The position numbers and the translations under genes are program-made. A stretch of 64,000 nt of DNA from NCBI GenBank assembly GCA_958295945.1, contig OY282386.1, positions 1,687,371 to 1,751,370 of the forward strand, read 5' to 3'. The notes beneath the pieces were generated by a model. It was given only the letters and a program-made list of their open reading frames with translations. It did no database searches and was not told the origin of the DNA. The first letter of the stretch is position 1; each line of letters begins with the position of its first letter. Positions 1 through 11,349 of this stretch are shown piece by piece. The stretch is from Candidatus Poribacteria bacterium (GTDB taxonomy: Bacteria; Poribacteria; WGA-4E; WGA-3G).

Positions 1-52
1 ATCGTGAACTATACTATAAAATAGGACAAAGCACTCTCTATGGAGGAAGATC

Positions 53-898
53 GTGAACCCAAAAGATGTGATGTCATTACTGCAAACCTTAGCGAAATCC
101 CTTTCGCCTTATGTTCCACCGTGTGATAACGGACCTCTGTTGATTAGTGAAGAGGATACTAAGGTTCCAAGAGAACGTCTTAAGACCATAGCTAAACAGT
201 GGATAGAACTTGAAAGAGAAGGGTACGATGCAATTCCTCAAGCGGCACAAGATGCAAGGGAATCCATCGGTATTTATGGAAAACATAGAAGCTATAGGAC
301 ATCTGTAGGAATATCTGTTTCTGATATCTGTGTAGAGATAGAAAACCGTGCTTCCGATACAAAACGTAATCCAGAAGTGAGAGAAATCTTGAAATCCTTA
401 ATCGCAGAACAGAAATTACCCTTCAAGATTTTCAATCGTGGCTTTAGTGTGATTATTATTCCAGAAGACCCGGTACAATATCGTGATAAAGAGATGATTG
501 AACTTGAGACATTGATTGAGAATGAGAACTTAGATGTGCATGTGCGACATTGTGGTTTTAGTTTGGGTCGAATGGATGATAGAGAATATGATAACCCCGA
601 TATCTCGTTTTTGCAAATTCAAGAGATGGCGAAATCTCTACAGGCCGAATTAGAAAAACACAATCTCAAGGTATGTCTGCTCCATGATGGTTTTGTGTTA
701 GAAAAGAAGCGTGAGATAGAAATAGATGTTATCGAAACGAAAGAGTTGGCATTACGACTAAGCGTTATGACAGGGATTAACTTTCATGGTGGAAGCGGGT
801 ATGGTACGAAGTTAAGTGTAGATGAAGTTCCACCCGGATGGACAAATGAGATCAATTGGAAAACTGTAAGAATAAGCACATCCAGTCCTTATTATTAA
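53..898 (+). CDS. Hypothetical protein, member 1 of a tandem paralogue family (unknown function, ~280 aa)
   Basis: GTG start 6 nt after a GGAGG RBS (42-46). Shares motifs with the three downstream paralogues: GPLLISEED near the N-terminus, a duplicated [L/V]xVxHxGFxL motif, LHDGFVLEKKREIEID and a C-terminal GYG...PGWTNEINW. No family recognised. Confidence 0.6.
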   Translation: MNPKDVMSLLQTLAKSLSPYVPPCDNGPLLISEEDTKVPRERLKTIAKQWIELEREGYDAIPQAAQDARESIGIYGKHRSYRTSVGISVSDICVEIENRASDTKRNPEVREILKSLIAEQKLPFKIFNRGFSVIIIPEDPVQYRDKEMIELETLIENENLDVHVRHCGFSLGRMDDREYDNPDISFLQIQEMAKSLQAELEKHNLKVCLLHDGFVLEKKREIEIDVIETKELALRLSVMTGINFHGGSGYGTKLSVDEVPPGWTNEINWKTVRISTSSPYY

Positions 899-936
899 TT
901 CAGTTTAGCAAGTATTCTGCCGAAGGAGAAAGAAAA

Positions 937-1749
937 ATGCATTCTAATGAAGTCCAAGAATTGCTGAGGTCTCTAATCAAGGAAATCGGGTTGCCTATTT
1001 TAGTTTCTGACAAGGGCCCTCTATTGATTTCTGAAGATGACAACAGAACAACGAGATTGCACACAGAAGACATTATCAGACGGTGGAAAGATGATAGAAT
1101 TGCTGAAGAACTAAAGAATTTCACAATTAGTGGTCATTGGTGTCTTTCCAGAGGTAATACCGTATCTGAGGTGTTCAGTGAAGTAGAACTTTTGGCATCA
1201 GATTCAACTCGTATATCGGATGTCAAGAAGGCACTTGGTTCACTAATCAGTGAAAGAAAACTACCTTTTAACATTTTCCACTTATGGTTTACCATCATAG
1301 TTCTTCCAGCTGATCCTACTCAATTCCCGTCAGAGGAAATGGTAGAACTTGAGAATATAATAAACTTGATGCAATCGGAAGGATGCTTCGGTGAAGACGC
1401 TCATAATTACCATGTTCGTCATGCGGGTTTCCGGCTATATTCTAAAGAGGAAGTAATTGATATCCAGTTTTCAAAGGTGCAGCAGGTAGTTCATAGGTTA
1501 CAAGTTCTAGTAGGAAAGCATGGGTTACAGGTTAGGTTAATCCACAACGGTTTTCAATTGGAGAAAGACAGGGAAGTTGAGATAGATATTGCTGAAGCAA
1601 AGGAGTTAGCATTTCGTTTAGCGTGCATGACTAGTGTTAATTATAGCGTCGGTGCTTATGGGATGGGACCAATTATGGGGCGGAAACCTGGTTGGACACA
1701 TCGAGTCAATTGGAAAAATGCACGTGTGAGTTCACCCCGGCCATGGTAA
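937..1749 (+). CDS. Hypothetical protein, paralogue family member 2
   Basis: ATG at 937 lies 8 nt after an AAGGAG RBS. The ORF-track start at 856 overlaps gene 1 and is unlikely. Conserved GPLLISEDD, HAGFRL/IHNGFQLEK and GYGMGP...PGWTHRVNW motifs. Confidence 0.6.
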   Translation: MHSNEVQELLRSLIKEIGLPILVSDKGPLLISEDDNRTTRLHTEDIIRRWKDDRIAEELKNFTISGHWCLSRGNTVSEVFSEVELLASDSTRISDVKKALGSLISERKLPFNIFHLWFTIIVLPADPTQFPSEEMVELENIINLMQSEGCFGEDAHNYHVRHAGFRLYSKEEVIDIQFSKVQQVVHRLQVLVGKHGLQVRLIHNGFQLEKDREVEIDIAEAKELAFRLACMTSVNYSVGAYGMGPIMGRKPGWTHRVNWKNARVSSPRPW

Positions 1750-1801
1750 ATAAGACCGTTAAAATAAGAATCTGAAAATAACATAAGTCTGAGGTGGCAT
1801 T

Positions 1802-2298
1802 ATGCATCCGAATGAAGTTCATCACATACTGAATTCTATAATTCAAGATCATGAAATGGAGATCCGCGTTGGCTGTGGTAAGGTCCTATTGATTGCTGAG
1901 GGAGATTACTTATACAACACATCTGAACGATACTTTGAATTAGAACAGTGTGTAGAAACGATAATTTCAACGGAGGACATCAAAAATATCTATGTTCAAC
2001 ACAGTGGTTTTGCTTTATATTTGAAGATGGACATTCCAGATATAGACTTCTCAAAAACTCAAGAGCTGGCTCACCATTTGCAGTCTAAAATATCGGAAGA
2101 AGGCTTACAAGTAAAATTGCTTCATGAAGGTTTCGTATTGAAAAAGAATAGGAAGATTGAGATAGACTTGGCTGAAACTGAAGAATAGCCTACCGATTAA
2201 CACTTATGACAGGCATAAATTATAGACTCGGAGGATGGACACAAGGCGGGACTTGGGATAATGCAAGATTTCGAGCGGACCTTCCATACCCCTATTGA
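1802..2298 (+). pseudogene. Paralogue family member 3, frameshifted, also lacking the N-terminal ~100 aa of its siblings
   Basis: The ORF stops at TAG 2186-2188 after ...IDLAETEE. The -1 frame continues AYRLTLMTGINYRLGGW...Y* to 2298, which matches the family C-terminus (ELA[L/F]RL..MTGINF/Y...). The sequence gaagaaTAGcctacc is consistent with loss of a single T from gaagaaTTAGCCTAC. Confidence 0.55.
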
Positions 2299-2338
2299 TT
2301 TCGGCAAACGGACATAACAAGTTTAGAACATACAGATA

Positions 2339-2455
2339 ATACCATTTCTATAAATGTTTGTACCATTAACATTTGTTAAGAATCTCTTGAAGGACGGAAA
2401 CACAAACTGGCAGTTTGTGGGACAAAAATACGGCGTTTTCTATTAGAAATGGTAT
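2339..2455 (-). mobile_element. MITE-like element family A, copy A1
   Basis: Reverse complement of the family A consensus, with TIR ataccatttctataaa ... ttctattagaaatggtat. It sits between paralogue genes 3 and 4. Confidence 0.7.
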
Positions 2456-2477
2456 AACATACCTATAAGGAGGAATT

Positions 2478-3308
2478 ATGAACCCTAAAGATGTGAAAGA
2501 ACTATTGGAAACGTTAACTGAAGAGTTTGACCTACATGTTTCGTTCTTCAATCTGGGACCTCTGATTATCAGCGAAGACGATGCCAAAGTGTCAAGAGAA
2601 CGACTTGAAGATGTTGCACAGCAGTGGATGGAGCTTGAGAGAGATGAATATCCTAAACATGTAAAAGAGTGGTTTGAAAAGATGAATGAATCTGTCGGTT
2701 TGCATAAGAACCACAGGAACCACAGCATCTCCATAGGAAAAACTGTATCGGAAATATATGGAGAAGTAGAAAAGCAAGCCTTAGATGCAGAAAGAATTCC
2801 AGAGGTCAGGGATATCTTAAAGGCATTAATTGCAGAACGAGAGTTGCCATTTGAGATATACTATCGTGGTTTCAATATAATAGTCCTTACTGACGATGTC
2901 CGGAACTATAACGATGGAGAAATGCTGGAACTCAAATCCTTGTTAGAAAAGGAGAACTTAGCCGTTCAAGTCCATCATTCAGGTTTTAATATAGAGCGAT
3001 CCGAAGCAGGATCACCCGATATTCTATTTCCACGAGTTCAGGAGTTGACAAGTCGCCTGCAGGATTCATTGGAAAGTCATGGACTAAAGACATATCTACT
3101 ACAGAACGGTTTTACGCTTGAAAAGAAGCAAGAGGACGAGGTCCACGTAGTTGAAGCAAAGGAGTTGGCTATCCGACTACAGTTTATGTCTGGGATTGAA
3201 TATTCAGCGGGTGGATACGGCATGGGACCTGAAAAGGATGTAAAGCCAGGATGGACAAATGAGATCAATTGGAATTCTGTGACGCTGTTTACGAAAAATC
3301 CCTATTAA
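2478..3308 (+). CDS. Hypothetical protein, paralogue family member 4
   Basis: Strong RBS taaggaggaattATG. N-terminus MNPKDVKELL parallels gene 1 (MNPKDVMSLL). Conserved HSGFNI/LQNGFTLEKK and GYGMGP...KPGWTNEINW motifs. Confidence 0.65.
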   Translation: MNPKDVKELLETLTEEFDLHVSFFNLGPLIISEDDAKVSRERLEDVAQQWMELERDEYPKHVKEWFEKMNESVGLHKNHRNHSISIGKTVSEIYGEVEKQALDAERIPEVRDILKALIAERELPFEIYYRGFNIIVLTDDVRNYNDGEMLELKSLLEKENLAVQVHHSGFNIERSEAGSPDILFPRVQELTSRLQDSLESHGLKTYLLQNGFTLEKKQEDEVHVVEAKELAIRLQFMSGIEYSAGGYGMGPEKDVKPGWTNEINWNSVTLFTKNPY

Positions 3309-3340
3309 CCAGAATAATGCTACAATAGGAGGATTTCACG

Positions 3341-3607
3341 ATGACTTATGTAATTTGTGAACCATGCATTGACGTAAAAGACCACATTTGTGCTGAGGTA
3401 TGTCCCGTTGAATGCATTCACCCAATGAAAGACGAAGACCTAGACAAATTTGAAGAAGTAGAACAACTTTACATTGACCCAGAAGAATGCATTGACTGCC
3501 ATGTTTGTGTCCCTGAATGTCCTGTTGAGGCAATCTTTGTAGATGATGAAGTGCCAGAAGAGTGGGAACATTTCATAGAGATAAACGCTGATTACTATCA
3601 AGAATAA
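3341..3607 (+). CDS. fdxA: 7Fe ferredoxin ([3Fe-4S][4Fe-4S], Azotobacter FdI/FdxA type), tandem copy 1
   Basis: Nine Cys in the FdI pattern (CEPC...C..VCPVEC ... CIDCHVCVPECP). The acidic C-terminal extension EVPEEWEHFIEINADYY resembles FdxA-type ferredoxins. RBS aggagg upstream. Confidence 0.75.
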   Translation: MTYVICEPCIDVKDHICAEVCPVECIHPMKDEDLDKFEEVEQLYIDPEECIDCHVCVPECPVEAIFVDDEVPEEWEHFIEINADYYQE

Positions 3608-3659
3608 ACATTTATTTGACAAATTAGTAAAATCGTATATAATAATAGGAGAGCACACA

Positions 3660-3938
3660 GTGACTTATGTAATTTGTGAACCTTGTATTGACGAAAAAGA
3701 CGCTTCTTGTGTAGATGTCTGCCCCTGTGGATCCATAGGACCAATCCCTGAGTATGAAGCAGACGATTTTGAAGGTGTAAACCAACTCTTTATTGACCCG
3801 GATACATGTATTGAATGTGGCGTGTGTGAAGGGGAGTGTCCCGTGGAGGCTATATTCTTTGATGAACATGTTCCCGAAAAATGGGAGCACTACATACAAA
3901 AAAACGCTGATTACTACGAACAACAACCCAGTGTTTAA
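3660..3938 (+). CDS. fdxA: 7Fe ferredoxin paralogue, tandem copy 2 (GTG start)
   Basis: MTYVICEPCIDEKD... has the same Cys framework except VCPCGSIG in place of VCPV[D/E]CIHP. All predicted ligand Cys are retained. RBS aggagag. Confidence 0.7.
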   Translation: MTYVICEPCIDEKDASCVDVCPCGSIGPIPEYEADDFEGVNQLFIDPDTCIECGVCEGECPVEAIFFDEHVPEKWEHYIQKNADYYEQQPSV

Positions 3939-3975
3939 AGTGATAAATTATCTTTCTTGAAAGGAGAACTACAAT

Positions 3976-4239
3976 ATGACCTATGTAATTTGCGAACCTT
4001 GCATTGACGAAAAAGACAGTTCTTGTGTTGATGTGTGCCCAGTAGATTGCATTCACCCACACCCAACAGATGCACCTGACGACTTTGAAGAAGTTGAAAT
4101 GCTCTATATCGATCCGGAAGAATGCATCGATTGTGGCGTGTGTGAACCGGAATGCCCCGTTGAGGCTATCTTCATGGAAGAAGATGTTCCAGAGGAATGG
4201 GAGCATTTCATTGAAATCAACGCTGACTATTTTGAGTAA
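3976..4239 (+). CDS. fdxA: 7Fe ferredoxin paralogue, tandem copy 3
   Basis: MTYVICEPCIDEKDSSCVDVCPVDCIHP...CIDCGVCEPECPVEAIF. RBS aaggagaactacaatATG. Confidence 0.75.
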   Translation: MTYVICEPCIDEKDSSCVDVCPVDCIHPHPTDAPDDFEEVEMLYIDPEECIDCGVCEPECPVEAIFMEEDVPEEWEHFIEINADYFE

Positions 4240-4509
4240 AATAACACCGAATTGACAGAATGTAAGTCAAAACTAAGGGTGTTGTCTAATAACAATTGAT
4301 AGGTGGAAGCTGCAATCATCAGCACTATGCCATACCATTTGTTAGACAGCACCTTTGCTTTTTATTCAATAAATATACAATAATTAACACGATTCCTCTT
4401 GGGACGTGCGCTTTCCGATTTTCAGATAAAATGTAAGTTCTGCGTGGACCAACATAGACCGTATACAGTCACCTTAACCCAAAAAACAAAGTTTGAGGAA
4501 GCATGAACC

Positions 4510-7500
4510 ATGATAAAAAAAGCATTAGCAAAATTCAAAATCACACCAAGTCACACAGAAAACATTGTACAGGAAATATCACATACAAAGCCTGCTGTCC
4601 CATCTATAAGTAAACCATTTGTCCCATGGTTAACTGCTACCTTTTCCTGCGTAGTAGTGCTAATAATGTTAGGTTTTGGAAAAGGCAATAATTTTGCCCT
4701 ATTCCAAGGAGATGCTTTTGCGCAACAAGAAAATCCTGACACTAAAACACAAACTGACAATGCACAACTACAATTTAACCATGCAGATGAGGAAAATAAA
4801 TTGGAAAATTATCCACAATGGAATCTGCCAAAAGGAGCGAAGATGCGATTAGGCAAGGGAGGACTGGGAACAATTCAGTTTTCACCAGATGGAACACAGA
4901 TGGTAGTGGGTAGTAATACCGGTGTCTGGATTTACGATGTGGAAACAGGTAAAGAGATTTCATTATTACTCGGAATGAGTAGAGCAATTGCGTATTCACC
5001 TGATGGTCGCTTTATCGCATCTGCTGGTGGAGACCCAGTTACCAGTTTTGGTGGGAGTCCACTTGAAACAGGAATTGAGATACGGGAAGTTACTACAGGA
5101 AGAAAAATCTCGTTACAAGATGAGTTGCCTCCTGCGGAAGCGTTGCGGTTCACAAATGATAGCAAAACGCTTGTATGTCTCAGCATGTCAAGAGAAAACA
5201 TATATTGGATTGATGTGGAAACCGGTGAATACACAACGACAAATATAGGAAAAAGACAGGGGTATATGCATCTTGAAAGTTACGCACTTACAGAAGATAA
5301 AATCGCTATCGGAAGTAATGATGGAAAAATTGAGTTGTGGGACACTACGACAGGTAAGAAGTTGACAACGCTTAGGAAATTTGGGAAAGAAGTTAGCTTA
5401 CCAGAATATTTCACTAAGACAAACAAAGCACTGACTATGGAATTCTCTTCAGACAGAACAAAACTCGCTACTGGAAATTTAGATACCACAGTACAAATAT
5501 GGGATACAACCACTGGAGAAGAATTAATTGTTCTGCAAAAGCCTATAGAAGGGAACATGTGGAGTGTATCAACGGAAAATGGAAAAGAGATCGTAAAAAA
5601 CCCAATGAAGAACGAGAGGAACAGTAGACCGTCTTCATTGGCATTCTCTCCAGATGGTTCACTGCTTGCTTGTGGTAGTGAAGATAGCACTATCAAACTG
5701 TGGAATAGTCTTACAGGCGAATTTATTGCTACCTTCACAGGTCATTTCAGCATTGTTGAACAATTAACTTTTTCACTAGATGGCAAAACACTTGCAAGTG
5801 GCAGTGCTGATGGTACAGTCCGATTTTGGGATATTGAGACAAGAAAACCAGTACAGAACAAGATTACTGGACACATGTGGATAAGATCGACAGCTGCATT
5901 AAATGATGGTACAAGTTTTGTGAGTGTATCAGACGAAGGTATAATCACTGTTTGGGATCTGAAGAATACTCAAAAAACAACTTCCATAATCAAAGCAGTA
6001 CTTGAGGAACATTTGTATTGGAATACTTACAGAACGTATGTGTTCACACCAGATGGAACCAAACTGCTCAATCACGGTAAACAAACCGACCCAACTAAAC
6101 CAAACTTTAATGATTGGGTGCTACGTCTGAATGATGTTAACACAGGACGTGAGTTAAAGTCTTTCCCATGGGGTACTGGAGAGGTGTTTTCGCCTGATGG
6201 AAAAATCTTAGCACAAGGTGCTGTCAACAAAATCCACTTATTGAATATAGAAACTGGAGAAGAACGTGAAATAATTACATCAGACCACGATGAAGATTCC
6301 GATGAAGACAAACCTTTTATCAGGACTATAGCATTTTCACCTGATGGAGAAAAGATTGTTAGTGGCACGTCGGGTGGACATGTTCAATTGTGGGATGTGG
6401 AAACTGGAACTGAGTTAAGTTCTTTCTTTCCAGAATTGACAGATAACGATAAAAGACGAGAACCTATACATCAGTTTGTATTTTCTTCAGACGGTTCGCT
6501 AATTGCTGTCCGCAGTACAAAACGGATACGTATCATAGGAAGAGCGAAACAACCTCACTTTAAGGAATTGCTTTTTTCTGAAGAGGAAGATGGAGATACA
6601 TTCATCTTTTCACCAGATAATAAAGTGCTTATCGTCGGTTACTGGGGTGGGAAAATTCGGTTATGGGATGTAGTGACCGGAGATAAACTTATCACACTTG
6701 ATGGACATTCCGTGGCTGTGGCAGATTTGATATTTTTACCAGATCATAAAACGCTTATGAGTGTCGGAGGCGGTAATATTCTACTGTGGGACTGGAATCA
6801 AGTAATCAGGAGTGCATACGCAGAGAATCAAGAACTTGAACCTGATGTGAACCTTGCCACTGAAGAACAATCAGCAGAAAATGTGTTACAAATCCTTGAA
6901 CATTCAGCACAAAAGCCAAAAATCTCTGATCATGTCCTGTGGAATGGTGAGATATATCTCGCTAATGAATGGTATGAACACGCGTATGGGGAATTTGTGA
7001 AATACTTATCCGCTGCAGATTATGAGGGAGGACAGAATGTCATTACACCACCAAGTTTTCACCGTCATTTATTCGCAAAAATTGGCAAAATCGGTAAAGA
7101 TATTGAAGATAAAGACGGTTTCGCTGACCTGGTAACTAAATTGATTGACGCATTTGCAGATAGTCGGAGCATCCAATTGAATGCACACCTTGTTCTCGCT
7201 AAATTCTATCACGATAATGGAATGGATGAGAAAGCAGATGAGCATATTGAGAAAATAGATATCCTAATGAGAAACCTTACGACAGAAAGTCTAAGTCTTC
7301 AGTTAAATGCCTACCTCAGTCTAATTACATATTATCGGGATAAAGGCATGAATGAAAAGGCAGATATGTATATCCAAAAAATTGATAATATGATTGCTGA
7401 ACTTGACCCAAATCAACCCAATAGCCTGAGACTTCGGATTGGTACACATTTCGGTTTAGCCGAATATTATCGTGAATATGGTATGCATGAACAGGCAGAT

Positions 7501-8034
7501 GAGCATATTCAAAAAACTGGTTTCATCACAGAAGATGCATGGATGGAACTTGGACCGTTTGACAACGCAGGCGGGATCGGCTTTGATACTGTATACATAC
7601 CCGAAGACATCACGGAAATTGACCTCACTACAAAATATGATGGACAGAATGGACTAGTCAGTTGGAAAAAGTTCAGCGATACGGGATTAAACGGTTATAT
7701 CCATCTCGGTGAAAAGAATGTTGATTGGCAAGTCTTCTACACCTTCGCTACCGTTGCCTCTCCTGATGAACGTGAAGTCCAGCTAAGGTTTGATAGTGAC
7801 GACCAAGGAAAATTATGGCTAAACGGCAAAGAGGAATTCACACATACCAAAACCTTTGCTGTTAGACTTGATACATATATCATTCCTGTCACACTCAAAC
7901 AAGGTAAAAACAGTATCCTCGTAAAGGTGTGTAATGAAGAAGGGGCATGTGCTTTTATCCTCCGCATTACAGACAAAAACGGGCAGCCTTTTGATGATTT
8001 GATAATCAATAAAGCACCACAACAGAAAGAGTAA
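4510..8034 (+). CDS. Membrane-anchored WD40-repeat (beta-propeller) protein with a TPR-like helical repeat region and a C-terminal beta-sandwich-like domain
   Basis: N-terminal TM helix LTATFSCVVVLIMLGFG. Many S/FSPDG...LASGS.DGT[I/V].LWD repeats. Three YY(R/H)D.GM.E.AD.(Y/H)I.K helical repeats. C-terminal LWLNGKEEF...NSILVKVCNEEG region. Confidence 0.7.
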   Translation: MIKKALAKFKITPSHTENIVQEISHTKPAVPSISKPFVPWLTATFSCVVVLIMLGFGKGNNFALFQGDAFAQQENPDTKTQTDNAQLQFNHADEENKLENYPQWNLPKGAKMRLGKGGLGTIQFSPDGTQMVVGSNTGVWIYDVETGKEISLLLGMSRAIAYSPDGRFIASAGGDPVTSFGGSPLETGIEIREVTTGRKISLQDELPPAEALRFTNDSKTLVCLSMSRENIYWIDVETGEYTTTNIGKRQGYMHLESYALTEDKIAIGSNDGKIELWDTTTGKKLTTLRKFGKEVSLPEYFTKTNKALTMEFSSDRTKLATGNLDTTVQIWDTTTGEELIVLQKPIEGNMWSVSTENGKEIVKNPMKNERNSRPSSLAFSPDGSLLACGSEDSTIKLWNSLTGEFIATFTGHFSIVEQLTFSLDGKTLASGSADGTVRFWDIETRKPVQNKITGHMWIRSTAALNDGTSFVSVSDEGIITVWDLKNTQKTTSIIKAVLEEHLYWNTYRTYVFTPDGTKLLNHGKQTDPTKPNFNDWVLRLNDVNTGRELKSFPWGTGEVFSPDGKILAQGAVNKIHLLNIETGEEREIITSDHDEDSDEDKPFIRTIAFSPDGEKIVSGTSGGHVQLWDVETGTELSSFFPELTDNDKRREPIHQFVFSSDGSLIAVRSTKRIRIIGRAKQPHFKELLFSEEEDGDTFIFSPDNKVLIVGYWGGKIRLWDVVTGDKLITLDGHSVAVADLIFLPDHKTLMSVGGGNILLWDWNQVIRSAYAENQELEPDVNLATEEQSAENVLQILEHSAQKPKISDHVLWNGEIYLANEWYEHAYGEFVKYLSAADYEGGQNVITPPSFHRHLFAKIGKIGKDIEDKDGFADLVTKLIDAFADSRSIQLNAHLVLAKFYHDNGMDEKADEHIEKIDILMRNLTTESLSLQLNAYLSLITYYRDKGMNEKADMYIQKIDNMIAELDPNQPNSLRLRIGTHFGLAEYYREYGMHEQADEHIQKTGFITEDAWMELGPFDNAGGIGFDTVYIPEDITEIDLTTKYDGQNGLVSWKKFSDTGLNGYIHLGEKNVDWQVFYTFATVASPDEREVQLRFDSDDQGKLWLNGKEEFTHTKTFAVRLDTYIIPVTLKQGKNSILVKVCNEEGACAFILRITDKNGQPFDDLIINKAPQQKE

Positions 8035-8250
8035 TCGTTTCAAAACCGCTTGAATGTTGTTTGCCAACATCGGAGCAGCTCATCCTATCAAAGTACCCTG
8101 AAACTTCAGACTCATAATCCTGAAAATCTACTAATCCTGAAAATCCTGGTTCAGACAAAGGAATTACACTAAATTGACGTTTATGGTGCAAAAACTTTAC
8201 ACTCCCTCCCAAAAAGTAAATACTTGATATTAAGGTCAATAACAAGTATA

Positions 8251-8356
8251 ATTAATAAACCTATACTGTTGATTAAGGATACCCTTAATATGAGCGGGTG
8301 AAAGCACCGTTGTTTTCTGTTGCGATTCCTATACTGTTGATTAAGGATACCCTTAA
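8251..8356 (+). promoter_or_regulatory. Duplicated palindromic operator-like site upstream of katG
   Basis: The 32-bp unit cctatactgttgATTAAGGatacCCTTAATa occurs at 8251-8282 and 8325-8356. It has 7-bp inverted arms (ATTAAGG/CCTTAAT) and a third half-site at 8357-8369. It lies 55 nt upstream of the katG start. Confidence 0.35.
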
Positions 8357-8405
8357 TAGCCCTTAATAGAAGAATACTTTAAAGAATAGATGAGTAAGAA
8401 TGTAG

Positions 8406-10613
<2,208 letters not shown>

Positions 10614-10630
10614 ACCATGATTTGATTATA

Positions 10631-10652
10631 GGCGGGGTCTCTGTACCCCGCC
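10631..10652 (+). terminator. Rho-independent terminator-like hairpin after katG
   Basis: ggcggggtctctgtaccccgcc is a GC-rich inverted repeat followed by ttTgTcTT. A related motif (ggcggggcacagagaccccgcc) abuts the MITE B copy at 48603. Confidence 0.5.
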
Positions 10653-10690
10653 TTTGTCTTGCGCAGAATGTCTTATACCATTTCTAATTA

Positions 10691-10805
10691 ATACCATTTC
10701 TAATAGAAAACGCCGCATTTTTGTACCACAAACTGCCAGTTTGTGCAGTCCTTCAAGAGATTCTTAACAAATGTTAATGGGATAAACATTTATAGAAATG
10801 GTATA
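10691..10805 (+). mobile_element. MITE-like element family A, copy A2, plus a 5'-half copy at 10806-10865
   Basis: ~115 bp with terminal inverted repeats ATACCATTTCTAAT...ATAGAAATGGTAT and a central palindrome ACAAACTGcCAGTTTGT. Other copies lie at 2339-2455 (-), 20415-20528 (-), 21592-21813 (expanded) and 56956-57069. Confidence 0.75.
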
Positions 10806-10890
10806 ATACCATTTCTAATAGAAAACGCCCCATTTTTGTACCACAAACTGCCAGTTTGTGCAGTATTCAAAAGGTTTTCATAACAACAAA

Positions 10891-11282
10891 CCGCACAATC
10901 TGGCAGAATGTGCTACAACCGCACAATCTGGCAGAATGTGCTACAACCGCACAATCTGGCAGAATGTGCTACAACCGCACAATCTGGCAGAATGTGCTAC
11001 AACCGCACAATCTGGCAGAATGTGCTACAACCGCACAATCTGGCAGAATGTGCTACAACCGCACAATCTGGCAGAATGTGCTACAACCGCACAATCTGGC
11101 AGAATGTGCTACAACCGCACAATCTGGCAGAATGTGCTACAACCGCACAATCTGGCAGAATGTGCTACAACCGCACAATCTGGCAGAATGTGCTACAACC
11201 GCACAATCTGGCAAAATGTGCTACAACCGCACAATCTGGCAAAATGTGCTACAACCGCACAATCTGGCAGAATGTGCTACAA
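10891..11282. repeat. Perfect tandem array, 14 x 28 bp (ccgcacaatctggcagaatgtgctacaa)
   Basis: 392 bp made of exactly 14 units, with only G>A variants in units 12-13. It contains AATCTGgCAGAATG, which is related to the CTGcCAG palindromes of other repeats. All three forward frames are open, so it is non-coding and the overlapping ORF-track entries 10856-11450 are spurious. Confidence 0.9.
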
Positions 11283-11349
11283 TTGGCGAAGGTATTGTCA
11301 ATTAGAAATGGTATTAGAATTGGTATCATCATTTTAACACGGAGGAGTA

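Noticed and set aside
856-936. ORF-track extension of paralogue 2 back to 856
   Set aside because: It would overlap gene 1 by 43 nt and lacks an RBS. ATG 937 has an AAGGAG RBS and aligns with the N-termini of the sibling genes.
4503-4509. Alternative ATG at 4503 for the WD40 gene
   Set aside because: It is in a different frame from the long ORF and terminates after ~35 codons. ATG 4510, preceded by GAGGAAG, is retained.
10891-11282. CRISPR array interpretation of the 28-bp repeat
   Set aside because: Units are directly contiguous with no spacers at all. It is a minisatellite, not a CRISPR.
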